A stretch of DNA of 64,000 bases from contig NZ_CP075524.1 of the NCBI RefSeq assembly GCF_025808395.1, positions 2,287,990 to 2,351,989 on the forward strand. Reading direction: 5' to 3'. Source of the stretch: Microcella sp. (GTDB lineage Bacteria; Actinomycetota; Actinomycetes; Actinomycetales; Microbacteriaceae). Shown piece by piece: positions 1 to 8,282 of the stretch (the stretch's first letter is position 1; each line of letters starts with the position of its first letter). The notes beneath the pieces were generated by a model. That model had not been told where the DNA came from, ran no database searches, and saw only the letters and a program-made list of their open reading frames with translations. The translations under genes were made by a program, and so were the position numbers.

Positions 1-57
1 GACGCTCTGCACCCCGGGCGTCGTGAGCAGCACGTCACGGATGGTCGTTGCGAGCAC
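1..57 (-). CDS. possible 5' end of a divergently transcribed gene (partial, runs off the window)
   Basis: A GTG at 57 (plus-strand CAC 55-57) is preceded 5 nt upstream by GGAGGAGG (complement of 63-70). The frame is open to position 1 (VLATTIRDVLLTTPGVQSV). Only 19 codons are visible and the product is unknown. Confidence 0.3.
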   Translation of the reverse strand, partial: MLATTIRDVLLTTPGVQSV

Positions 58-118
58 GAGTGCCTCCTCCGCCGCCCGATGCCCGTGTGGCGGCTGTTCT
101 CCAACCTACACTCGACTC

Positions 119-946
119 ATGAGCGAACAGTTGCCCCGCATCGCGATCCTCGGGTCTGGCTCGATGGGCGGGGCCATTCTCACCGGGCTTCGTCACCCCG
201 ACGTCGAGGTCGAGGGGGTGCGGGCGACGACGAGGTCTGACGCCTCAGCGGCCGCCTTGCGATCGCAGGGCATCGACGCTCGAGGCGTCGAGCACGACTC
301 AGAGGCGAACACCTGGGCGGTGACGGATGCCCGCCTCGTGCTGCTCGCCGTCAAACCCGCGCAGATCACGAGTCTTCTGGCCGACATCGCCCCGAGTCTG
401 CACCCTGAGGCGCTCGTGGTGAGCGTCGCCGCGGGCGTCACCACAGACGCCATGCAGGCCGTCGTGCCGAATGCAGTCGTCCGGGCCATGCCCAACACTC
501 CCGCCCTCATCGGCCGGGGTGTCACGGGCATCAGCGGTGGCTCGCGAGCGACCGCCGCCGATCTCGCACTCGCCGACGACCTGTTTCGCACCGTCGGCAC
601 CGTGGTCGAACTGCCCGAGTCGCAGATCGACGCGCTCTCGACCATCAGCGGCTCTGGCCCCGCCTATGTGTTTCTGCTGATCGAAGAACTGACCCGTGCG
701 GCTGAGGCGATGGGGTTCGAAGAAGACGTGGCGGCGCTGCTCGTGCAGCAGACCTTCACCGGTGCCGCCCTGCTGCTCGAGTCGACCAGCGACGACCCCG
801 CCGAGCTTCGCCGCCGCGTCACGAGCCCGAGGGGCACGACCGAGCAGGCGATCGCCGTGCTGCAGGAGGCCCGGTTGTCTGAACTCTTCGGCCGGGCGGC
901 CGATGCCGCTCTGCAACGAGCAAGGCAACTGGCCGCTGGCGCATAG
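119..946 (+). CDS. proC: pyrroline-5-carboxylate reductase
   Basis: ORF 23..946 trimmed to ATG 119. The N-terminus IAILGSGSMGGAIL is a Rossmann motif, and VTSPRGTTEQAI is the P5CR C-terminal signature. 275 aa. Confidence 0.9.
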   Translation: MSEQLPRIAILGSGSMGGAILTGLRHPDVEVEGVRATTRSDASAAALRSQGIDARGVEHDSEANTWAVTDARLVLLAVKPAQITSLLADIAPSLHPEALVVSVAAGVTTDAMQAVVPNAVVRAMPNTPALIGRGVTGISGGSRATAADLALADDLFRTVGTVVELPESQIDALSTISGSGPAYVFLLIEELTRAAEAMGFEEDVAALLVQQTFTGAALLLESTSDDPAELRRRVTSPRGTTEQAIAVLQEARLSELFGRAADAALQRARQLAAGA

Positions 947-1038
947 ACGGGGCATAGGCGGCGCATAGTCGGGCCGCGCACGGTGTGAACGGTGATTCGC
1001 GAACCTCCGCGACTCTTCGACCGCAAGGGAGCATCCCG

Positions 1039-1413
1039 ATGACTGATCAGACCAGCCCCGCTGCCAGCGCTGACGACCCTGTCGCACCGGCACCGGCACC
1101 CGCACCCGCACCCGCAGCGCCGCCACGCGCGCGCGCCCCTCGCGCGCTCGCCATCACCGGCATCGCCGCGGCGGGAGCACTCGCACTCGGCCTCGCGTTC
1201 GCCGGCGGAGTCGGCGTCGGGCGCCTGCTGCCCGATCATCGCCCACCGATCTCTGTCGAGGTGCGCGGCCCCTTCGGCGGGCCGAGTGCTGAACGCTTCG
1301 ACGATCGGCAGCAGCGCGGCGACGATCGCCAAAGCGAGCGGGCCGAGCGGCGAGAGCTGTTCGAACGCTGGCTCGAGCAGCAGCACGACCTTCCGGTCGA
1401 CTCCGACGAGTAG
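1039..1413 (+). CDS. hypothetical single-pass membrane protein with a Pro/Ala-rich N-terminus
   Basis: ORF 985..1413 trimmed to ATG 1039, with AAGGGA at 1025-1030. It has a (PA)n tract, then the TM segment LAITGIAAAGALALGLAFAGGVGV, then a charged tail. No family recognised. Confidence 0.5.
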   Translation: MTDQTSPAASADDPVAPAPAPAPAPAAPPRARAPRALAITGIAAAGALALGLAFAGGVGVGRLLPDHRPPISVEVRGPFGGPSAERFDDRQQRGDDRQSERAERRELFERWLEQQHDLPVDSDE

Positions 1414-1433
1414 CGCCGACGGCGTCGGCCGGT

Positions 1434-2105
1434 TCAGCTGTCGAGCGACGCGAACCGGTCGATGTCGGCCTCGGTGCCCGAGACGATGATGAGGTCGTGG
1501 TTCGACACGACCGTCTGCTCGGTCGCATAGGTGAAGGGCTTGCCAGGGCTCTTCACGCCGACGACGGTGATGTTGTACTTGGTGCGCACTTGCGACTCGG
1601 TGAGCGACAGACCGCGGATCGGCTTCGGCGGGTACATCTTGACCAGCACGAAGTCGTCGTCGAACTCGATGAAGTCGATCATGCGACCCGAGACGAGGTG
1701 CGCCACCCGCTCGCCCGCCTCGGCTTCGGGGTAGATCACGTGGTTGGCGCCGATGCGCGCCAAGATCTTGCCGTGCGACTGGCTGATCGCCTTCGACCAG
1801 ATCTGCGGAATCTTGAGGTCGACGAGATTGGCGGTGATGAGCACGCTCGACTCGATCGATGAGCCGGTGGCCACGACCGCGATGCTGAACTCGTGGGCGC
1901 CGACCTGCCGCAGGGCGTCGATCGATCGAGCATCGGCCTGCACCGTGTGCGTGACGCGCTCTGCCCACTTCTGCACGAGGTTGGCGTCTTCATCGACGGC
2001 GAGCACTTCGCGGCCCAGCCGCTGCAGCTGACCGGCCGTGGCGGCACCGAACCGCCCGAGACCGATGACGAGCACGGGAGCGTCGTGGCGAATTCTCTCA
2101 ACCAA
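1434..2105 (-). CDS. trkA: Trk/Ktr potassium uptake system, NAD-binding RCK subunit
   Basis: 223 aa. It has the N-terminal Rossmann motif VLVIGLGRFG and a TrkA-N plus TrkA-C layout. It overlaps the upstream trkH stop by 8 nt. Confidence 0.85.
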   Translation of the reverse strand: MVERIRHDAPVLVIGLGRFGAATAGQLQRLGREVLAVDEDANLVQKWAERVTHTVQADARSIDALRQVGAHEFSIAVVATGSSIESSVLITANLVDLKIPQIWSKAISQSHGKILARIGANHVIYPEAEAGERVAHLVSGRMIDFIEFDDDFVLVKMYPPKPIRGLSLTESQVRTKYNITVVGVKSPGKPFTYATEQTVVSNHDLIIVSGTEADIDRFASLDS

Positions 2106-3549
2106 CGATGGGCCTCTCTTCTGCCCGCCGGAACAGTCGCCGGCGCTGACTTGCCGCGAGGGCCGCGGCGAGGGTCACTGTACCAACGCGACCCGCCCAC
2201 ATGGTGGCCGCGAGCACGTACTTCGCCGAGTCGGGCAGGTCGTTGCTCGTCAACCCGGTTGAGAGCCCGCACGTGGCGAAGGCAGAGATCACGTCGAAGA
2301 GCACCATGTCGAGCGGCGCTTTCGTGATGTGCAGAATGATGATCGACGCAGTGGCCACGATGGTGGCGCCCCACAGCACGATGCTGACGGCGAGGCGCAG
2401 AACGTCGTTCGGAATCCTGCGGTCGAACACTTCCATGTCGTCGACGCCCTTGGCCTCGGCGTAGGCGGCCAAGAAGAGCACCGCGAGGGTCGTCACCTTG
2501 ATGCCGCCGGCCGTCGACGCCGAGCCGCCGCCGACGAACATGAGCATGTCGAGCACGAGCAGGGTCGAACCGTTCATCGCCCCGATGTCGATCGTGCTCA
2601 AGCCGCCTGAGCGGGTCATCACCGAGGTGAACACCGCGGTCATCGGTCGTACGGCGCCGTCCTGGGCGCCGAGCGTGTTGCTGTTGTTCCACTCGAGCAG
2701 CAGAATCGCGAAGGCCCCGAGCACGATCAGCGCCAGCGTGGTCACGAGCGTCAATCGGGCGTGGATGCTCAGCCGAACCCGCGACCGCGCCCAGCGCGCG
2801 AGCGCGAAGATGACCGGAAAACCGATGGCCCCGAGAAACACCGCGACGGCGAGCACTGTGAGCATCCACGGGTCAGCGGCGAACTGCTCCATTCCGTCGG
2901 CGAAGGGAACGAAGCCGGTGTTCGTGAAGGCCGAGAGCGAGATGTAGAAGCCCTGCCAGATCGCCGTCCAGACGTCGAACCCGGCGAGCAGCAGGCGGGG
3001 CACGACGAGAGCGGTGACGACGAGCTCGATGACGATGGCACTGAGCGCGACCGTGGCCAAGAGCGAGCCGATGTCGCCGAGCCGCACTGCCTGCGATTCA
3101 GACACCGGGCCGGCGTGGCCTCGAGCGGGGTTCGTGTCGCTCGCGGCGATGAGCTTGGCGCGCAAGCCGATGCGGCGCGCGACGACGAGGCCGAGAATGC
3201 TCGCCATCGTGAGTACGCCGATGCCGCCGATCTGCATCGCGAGCACGATGACGACGTTGCCGAAGACCGACCAGTGCGTCGCCATGTCGACGGTGACGAG
3301 CCCCGTCACGCAGATCGCTGAGACGGCGGTGAAGACGGCGTCGGCGAGCGGGGTGCCCGAGCCCTCGCCCGCGCGCGCGATCGGCAGCGTGAGCAAGAGC
3401 GTCGTGATCGTGATGAGCCCTGTGAAGACCACGATGGCGAAGCGAGCCGGCGACGCCGTGGCCGAGTCGGTGACCGTGCGCCACGCGCGCGCAAGCGGGT
3501 TGCTCGGCTCGTCGCGACGGTTGCCGCGGATGCGATTGCTCGTAGCCAT
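2098..3549 (-). CDS. trkH: TrkH/KtrB family potassium transporter membrane subunit
   Basis: 483-aa polytopic protein with four pore-loop-like motifs (CVTGL, TNTGF, RSGGLST, CGLSTG), as in the TrkH/KtrB family. It forms an operon with trkA. Confidence 0.85.
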   Translation of the reverse strand: MATSNRIRGNRRDEPSNPLARAWRTVTDSATASPARFAIVVFTGLITITTLLLTLPIARAGEGSGTPLADAVFTAVSAICVTGLVTVDMATHWSVFGNVVIVLAMQIGGIGVLTMASILGLVVARRIGLRAKLIAASDTNPARGHAGPVSESQAVRLGDIGSLLATVALSAIVIELVVTALVVPRLLLAGFDVWTAIWQGFYISLSAFTNTGFVPFADGMEQFAADPWMLTVLAVAVFLGAIGFPVIFALARWARSRVRLSIHARLTLVTTLALIVLGAFAILLLEWNNSNTLGAQDGAVRPMTAVFTSVMTRSGGLSTIDIGAMNGSTLLVLDMLMFVGGGSASTAGGIKVTTLAVLFLAAYAEAKGVDDMEVFDRRIPNDVLRLAVSIVLWGATIVATASIIILHITKAPLDMVLFDVISAFATCGLSTGLTSNDLPDSAKYVLAATMWAGRVGTVTLAAALAASQRRRLFRRAEERPIVG

Positions 3550-3597
3550 CGACGCTCCTCACCGGCCCGCAGACCGCGTGCAATGGTACTCCCGGCC

Positions 3598-3613
3598 CAG
3601 GCTGACTAGCCTG
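3598..3613. promoter_or_regulatory. candidate operator (6-4-6 inverted repeat) just upstream of the ArsR-family gene
   Basis: CAGGCT-gact-AGCCTG is a perfect inverted repeat ending 5 nt before ATG 3619, in the divergent trkH/arsR intergenic region. Motif only. Confidence 0.3.
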
Positions 3614-3618
3614 TTGTC

Positions 3619-4104
3619 ATGGCCGACATCTTTGACGTGATCGCCGACGTGACGCGACGCGAACTGCTGCAGCACCTGCTCGATGCCTCTTTGCGAGATG
3701 ACGCGGGGCTCGGTGAGCTCAGCGTGAGCGAACTGGTCGAGCGCATGGACGCGACGCAGCCGACCGTGTCGAAGCATCTCAAAGTACTGCGCGACCATGG
3801 TCTCGTGACGGTGCGAGAAGAAGGTCAGCATCGCTACTACGCGGTCGACGCCGGCCCTCTCGAAGAAGTCGAAGACTGGGTCATCTCGTTCTTGAGCGCC
3901 GGGTTCGACCCGAACGACGACTCGACCTCGCCCGTCTTCGCAGCGTGGGCAGGAGCCGACGTGGCGAACGCCGGCAGCTCGGTCGGTCGGGCAGCGGCTG
4001 ACGCGTCGCACCAGGCGCGCACTGTCATCCACGGGGCTCAAGAGAAGCTGCACGATGTGGGCGAGGCGGTCACCAAGCGCCTGCCGTGGAAGCGCGACGA
4101 CTGA
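3619..4104 (+). CDS. ArsR/SmtB family transcriptional regulator
   Basis: The N-terminal winged HTH LSVSELVERMDATQPTVSKHLKVLRDHGLVTVREEGQHRYY is typical of ArsR. 161 aa. Confidence 0.8.
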   Translation: MADIFDVIADVTRRELLQHLLDASLRDDAGLGELSVSELVERMDATQPTVSKHLKVLRDHGLVTVREEGQHRYYAVDAGPLEEVEDWVISFLSAGFDPNDDSTSPVFAAWAGADVANAGSSVGRAAADASHQARTVIHGAQEKLHDVGEAVTKRLPWKRDD

Positions 4105-4210
4105 GGCCCCCGTTCGCGCGTCTTTACACCAGTCACACCAGCCCCTACCCTGAACGACAGGCACTCGCGCCACATGGCGCGGTGCGATGCCCAGGTGAAG
4201 GACACAGCCC

Positions 4211-4405
4211 ATGACGAGAGATCTCTCAGACGTGCGGTTTCTCACGGTTGCCGAAGTCGCCGACATGATGCGCGTGTCGACGATGACGGTGTACCGCATG
4301 GTGCACGCCGGCGAGCTCCCCGCGATCCGCTTCGGGCGCAGCTTCCGCATTCCCGAGTCGGCCGTCGCCGCCGCCATCGAGACCCCCATCGCCGACGTCG
4401 GCTAG
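4211..4405 (+). CDS. excisionase/MerR-like helix-turn-helix DNA-binding protein (Rv0500A/BldC-like)
   Basis: 64 aa. LTVAEVADMMRVSTMTVYRMVHAGELPAIRFGRSFRI matches the excisionase-family HTH. It lies directly upstream of bS22, as in mycobacteria. Confidence 0.8.
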   Translation: MTRDLSDVRFLTVAEVADMMRVSTMTVYRMVHAGELPAIRFGRSFRIPESAVAAAIETPIADVG

Positions 4406-4475
4406 ACTCTCGGGGTACACGACACGGTCCTGAACGGGCCGTTGATCCCGTTCAGTTGACGATCAGAGGTTTTTC

Positions 4476-4574
4476 ATGGGTTCAGTGATCAAGAAGCGCC
4501 GCAAGCGGATGGCCAAGAAGAAGCACCGCAAGCTGCTGCGCAAGACGCGTCACCAGCGTCGCAACAAGAAGTAG
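4476..4574 (+). CDS. 30S ribosomal protein bS22 (actinobacterial 32-aa basic protein)
   Basis: Not in the ORF track because it is too short. Translation from ATG 4476 to TAG 4572-4574 gives [32 protein letters not shown]. The position after the HTH gene is conserved, and an intrinsic terminator follows. Confidence 0.8.
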   Translation: MGSVIKKRRKRMAKKKHRKLLRKTRHQRRNKK

Positions 4575-4593
4575 GGCTACGCCCGCACGCCGA

Positions 4594-4624
4594 GGCGCTC
4601 GACCGAGAGGGTCGGGCGCCTTTT
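4594..4624 (+). terminator. intrinsic terminator after bS22, between convergent genes
   Basis: GGCGCTCGACC-gagag-GGTCGGGCGCC forms an 11-bp stem with one G-U pair, followed by TTTT (4621-4624). Confidence 0.6.
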
Positions 4625-4647
4625 CGTGTGCCCAGGGGTCGAGATGC

Positions 4648-5376
4648 TCAGGGTCGATCGCGCATGATGGGCCAGTCGCGCGCCACGGCATGCCGAGCCA
4701 GTTCGGCGTCGGGGTTCACGACCTGCTGGTGGCCGACGAGCTCGAGCAGCGGAATGTCATTGCGCGAGTCGCTGTACGCCCAGCAGTCTGAGAGCCGAAT
4801 TCCCTTCTCGCCCGCGAGCCGGGCGGCGGCGTCGGCCTTGTGGCCGCCGTGCATCACCGGGCCGAGCAGGGCACCGGTGAAGACGCCGTCGATGCTCTCG
4901 ACTCGAGTGCCGAGAGCGCCGGTGAGACCGAGCCGCAGCGCGATGACGCTCGCGCAGGCCTCGGGGGTCGCGGTGATGAGCCACACCTCATGACCGTGAG
5001 CGATGTGGTCGCGAGCTCGGGCGACGACCTTCGGCAGCATGAGCGCGTGCAGGTAGGCGTCGTAGGTCTCGACGGCGAGCTCTTGCAGCTCTTGCTCGGT
5101 GTGGCCCGCGACGAGTTCGAGCGCGCGTTCTCGAGCGCTGAGCTGGTGGCGGTAGTTCTCGCCCACCGACTTGAACCTCGCCTGCTGCCACGCGAACCGT
5201 GAGAGATCTCGCCACGTCACATAGCCTCGGCGCCACGCGACACGAGCGAGGTGGTAGATGCTGGCGCCGTGCACGAGCGTGTTGTCGACGTCGAAGAACG
5301 CAATCACGCTGGGTGCGTCGCTCGGCCGCTGCGCTGCGCCGGCGTCGTTGTCTGGGGTGGACATCGTCTCCAGCAT
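4648..5376 (-). CDS. HAD-IB family hydrolase (SerB-like phosphatase)
   Basis: It has HAD motif I FFDVDNTLV and the late acidic motif SDSRNDIPLL. 242 aa; the start could also be the Met 4 codons downstream. Confidence 0.75.
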   Translation of the reverse strand: MLETMSTPDNDAGAAQRPSDAPSVIAFFDVDNTLVHGASIYHLARVAWRRGYVTWRDLSRFAWQQARFKSVGENYRHQLSARERALELVAGHTEQELQELAVETYDAYLHALMLPKVVARARDHIAHGHEVWLITATPEACASVIALRLGLTGALGTRVESIDGVFTGALLGPVMHGGHKADAAARLAGEKGIRLSDCWAYSDSRNDIPLLELVGHQQVVNPDAELARHAVARDWPIMRDRP

Positions 5377-5399
5377 AGGTCGGTGTCTAGGGTGGTGGT

Positions 5400-5654
5400 G
5401 TGCCCGCTGCCATTGTCACTCTGCTGAGCAAGCCCGGCTGCCACTTGTGCGACGACGCGCGTGCGGTCGTGGCCGAGGTGGTGCGCGACTTTCCGAACGC
5501 CGAGCTGGTGGAGGCGAGCATTCTCGACGACGCCGAGCTGCACGCGCGGTACTGGGATGAGATTCCGGTCGTGCTCATCGACGATGTCGTGCACTGCATC
5601 TATCGTGTCGACCCAGGGCGACTGCGGGCGGCGCTCGCCGAAAGGGGCCACTAG
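5400..5654 (+). CDS. glutaredoxin-like thioredoxin-fold protein (DUF836-like)
   Basis: 84 aa with the CxxC motif SKPGCHLCDDA near the N-terminus. Its stop directly abuts the SRAP start (TAG then ATG). Confidence 0.7.
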   Translation: MPAAIVTLLSKPGCHLCDDARAVVAEVVRDFPNAELVEASILDDAELHARYWDEIPVVLIDDVVHCIYRVDPGRLRAALAERGH

Positions 5655-6377
5655 ATGTGCGGTCGATATGCCAACACGAAGAGCGGAGAAGAGCTCGGAG
5701 CCTACTTCGAGGCCGATGAGGTCGACGACGTGGCCATGCCTCCGAGCTGGAACATCGCGCCGACGCAGCAGGTGCCGGTGGTCGTCGATCGCGTGCCGAA
5801 AGACGAGCCAGATGCGATGCCGTCGCGGCTCGTCACGACGGCCCGCTGGTCGCTCGTGCCTCGATGGGCGACCGAACTGACCAGCAAGTACCCGACGTTC
5901 AACGCCCGCAGCGAGACGGTCACCGAGAAGAGCACGTTCAAGAATGCCGTGGTGCGCTCGCGCGCCATCCTGCCCGCCGACGGCTACTACGAGTGGCACA
6001 CGGTCACCGGCGCCTCGGGCAAGCCCGTGAAGACCCCGCACTACATCACCGATCCCGAAGCGGGCGAGCTCGCCTTCGCGGGTCTCTACTCGTGGTGGCG
6101 GGCACCGGTGGCTGACGGTGCCGTGCCGGGGCCGTGGGTGCTGACTGCCACCATGCTGACTCGGGCTGCGCACGGGCCTGCGGCGAGCATCCACGATCGG
6201 TCACCCGTCATGCTGCCTCGTGAGGTGTGGGACGAATGGCTCGACCCCACCGTCGAGGGCGACCAGTCGCTCGTCGACATGATCGTTGCCGAGAGCGATT
6301 CGGTGCTCGAGCGCCTGCAGTTTCACGCGGTCGCGCCCCTGCGGGGCGATGGCCCAGAGCTGGTGGAACCCGTCTAG
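5655..6377 (+). CDS. SOS response-associated peptidase (SRAP/YedK family, abasic-site sensor)
   Basis: It starts MCGRY (catalytic Cys2) and has the WSLVPRW, FAGLY and IHDRSPV motifs. 240 aa. Confidence 0.85.
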   Translation: MCGRYANTKSGEELGAYFEADEVDDVAMPPSWNIAPTQQVPVVVDRVPKDEPDAMPSRLVTTARWSLVPRWATELTSKYPTFNARSETVTEKSTFKNAVVRSRAILPADGYYEWHTVTGASGKPVKTPHYITDPEAGELAFAGLYSWWRAPVADGAVPGPWVLTATMLTRAAHGPAASIHDRSPVMLPREVWDEWLDPTVEGDQSLVDMIVAESDSVLERLQFHAVAPLRGDGPELVEPV

Positions 6378-6886
6378 CAGGCGCTCCACAGCCCGAGGCC
6401 GGCATCGCGCGCCTGCCGCTCCAGTGCCCGCAGCTCGTTCCAGTGCCGGTCGTTCGGCTCGAACAGCACCGCCGTAGCGAATCCCTGTTCGACGAGCGCG
6501 GCGTTGATGAACACTCCATCGAGGGTGAACAGGTACATCAGTTCACGATCAAAACGGTCGCGACGGTCGACATCGTAGGTGAACGTCAGTTGAGAACCCT
6601 CCGGCGCGAGCTCGGCGATGGCCGCGCTGGCTTCGGGGCCGAAGCACTCGATGTCGGGATACACCTCGGGGGTGTCGATGCCGATGAGTCGCACGCGCAC
6701 ATCGTCGCCGTCGACCTCGAGCCGCAGCGTATCGCCATCGATGATCGAGGTGACGGTGCCGACTCCGTCGTGCTCCGAGGCCGTCGGAGAGGGCCCGAAC
6801 GTGCTGCCCTGCTGGCACCCGCCGACCCCCGCAGTCAGGCCGATGATGAGGGCCGCTGAGCTGAGGCGGCGAGCGATCGGGGGCAT
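6374..6886 (-). CDS. thermonuclease (SNase) family lipoprotein
   Basis: It has a signal peptide with the lipobox LTAGVGGC and the SNase motif DGDTLRL...VRLIGIDTPE. It overlaps the SRAP 3' end convergently by 4 nt. Confidence 0.8.
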   Translation of the reverse strand: MPPIARRLSSAALIIGLTAGVGGCQQGSTFGPSPTASEHDGVGTVTSIIDGDTLRLEVDGDDVRVRLIGIDTPEVYPDIECFGPEASAAIAELAPEGSQLTFTYDVDRRDRFDRELMYLFTLDGVFINAALVEQGFATAVLFEPNDRHWNELRALERQARDAGLGLWSAC

Positions 6887-6961
6887 GCTGTGAGGCTACC
6901 GGGCGACCGGCGATCGGGCGGGTGGCCGGCGTTAGGCTATGCCCGCGATGAAGGAGCGCTG

Positions 6962-7474
6962 ATGGTCACGAAGAAGTCGAGCGACGTCGACCCGCGGTTT
7001 CCGCCCGTCTACCAGCGTGGTGGAGAGTCAGCGTTGCCGCCGGTCAATTCCGCTCCGCTCAGCACCCCTGAGCTCGACGACGCGCCGCTCGCTACCGGTG
7101 CCGCGGCCCGATTTGTCTCGAGAGATCGTGAACGGATGCCCTTCGCCACAGTCGCCGCGTCGGCAGTCGACCCGCAGGGCGACGGCCGGCACTTCGAGCT
7201 CGTCGTGGCCGGAAACCCGTGGTTGCGCGCACTGTGGGTCGTGGGTTCGGCGGCCACTGCTGTGGGCTTCGCCCTCACGTTCTATGCGGAGTTCGCATTC
7301 AGCGCTCCGCCGCCGGGGGGCATCTACGACCCGAGCTTCTACGTGGTTCCGCGCCTGGCCGAGGCGGTCTCGCTGCCGCTCGTCATCGCTGGAGTGGTGG
7401 CGCTCGTCGCCGCGACGACGCTGCGTTTAGTGGCGTGGCGCCCCAGCGGCACGTCGGCGATCGAGCGAGAGTAG
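6962..7474 (+). CDS. hypothetical membrane protein
   Basis: ORF 6890..7474 trimmed to ATG 6962, with GAAGGAG upstream. It has two predicted TM helices (LWVVGSAATAVGFALTFY and SLPLVIAGVVALVAATTL). No family recognised. Confidence 0.45.
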   Translation: MVTKKSSDVDPRFPPVYQRGGESALPPVNSAPLSTPELDDAPLATGAAARFVSRDRERMPFATVAASAVDPQGDGRHFELVVAGNPWLRALWVVGSAATAVGFALTFYAEFAFSAPPPGGIYDPSFYVVPRLAEAVSLPLVIAGVVALVAATTLRLVAWRPSGTSAIERE

Positions 7475-7480
7475 CTCGAC

Positions 7481-8272
7481 TCAGCGCTGACATTGGGGGC
7501 AGAACCAGGTGATGCGCTCGGTGAGTGCATCGTCTCCGAGCAGTCCGCGACGAATCCGCGTGCCGCAGCGGCGGCAGGGCCGACCGTCGCGGTGCGCCAC
7601 CCAGAGCCGCTCGCCCCGCCGGGTATTGCCGGTGGTCGTGCGCTCGTCGCGGTCTCGATTGGCGCGGATGAGCCGCACGCCCAGGTCGAGCGCAGCCTCG
7701 ACGTCGATCGCGCCCACGGGCGTCTCGGGCAGCACGCCGCGCAAGAACAGCAGCTCGTTGCGGTAGTCGTTGCCGAAACCGGCGACGGCGCGCTGGTCGA
7801 GCAGCGCGAGGCCAATAGGCCTCGCGGGGTTTGCCGTGAGCCGCCGCACCGCCTCGTCGCGATCGAAGTCGGGCGAGAGTGGGTCGGGCCCCAGGTGGCC
7901 GATGACCTCGTGCTCGGCGTCGTGCGCGAGGAGGTCGAGCTCGCCAAGCGCGAAGCCGACGGCTTGCCAGGGCGCGCCCTCGGTCGCGGTGGTCTCGAGC
8001 ACCATACGCGCCTCGAACACGGGGCGACGCCAGCGCTCGCCGAGCCGCATGAGGTGCCAGGCGCCTTCCATCTTGAGGTGCGAGTGCACGGTGATGGGGC
8101 CGATGCGCATGAGCAGGTGTTTGCCGCGGGCGACCACCTCGTCGACGGCGTGGCCGCCCAGATCGGCGGTGGCGAAGCGCGGCACGCGCACGTCGCTGCG
8201 CAGCACCGTCTGCCCCGCGAGCGCGGCGTGCAGTCGCGCCGCTGCGCGGTGAACGGTGTCGCCTTCGGGCAT
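7481..8272 (-). CDS. nei: Fpg/Nei family DNA glycosylase (endonuclease VIII-like)
   Basis: ORF trimmed to the ATG at 8272, giving the N-terminus MPEGDTV (Pro2/Glu3 catalytic). It has the C-terminal zinc finger CRRCG...CPQCQ. It starts 11 nt after the lhr stop. Confidence 0.85.
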   Translation of the reverse strand: MPEGDTVHRAAARLHAALAGQTVLRSDVRVPRFATADLGGHAVDEVVARGKHLLMRIGPITVHSHLKMEGAWHLMRLGERWRRPVFEARMVLETTATEGAPWQAVGFALGELDLLAHDAEHEVIGHLGPDPLSPDFDRDEAVRRLTANPARPIGLALLDQRAVAGFGNDYRNELLFLRGVLPETPVGAIDVEAALDLGVRLIRANRDRDERTTTGNTRRGERLWVAHRDGRPCRRCGTRIRRGLLGDDALTERITWFCPQCQR

Positions 8273-8282
8273 CTCGTCCCCC

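Noticed and set aside
1081-1115. Hexanucleotide-like repeat (caccgg/cacccg) looking like a microsatellite
   Set aside because: It simply encodes a (Pro-Ala)n tract inside a CDS, which is short, low-complexity coding sequence.
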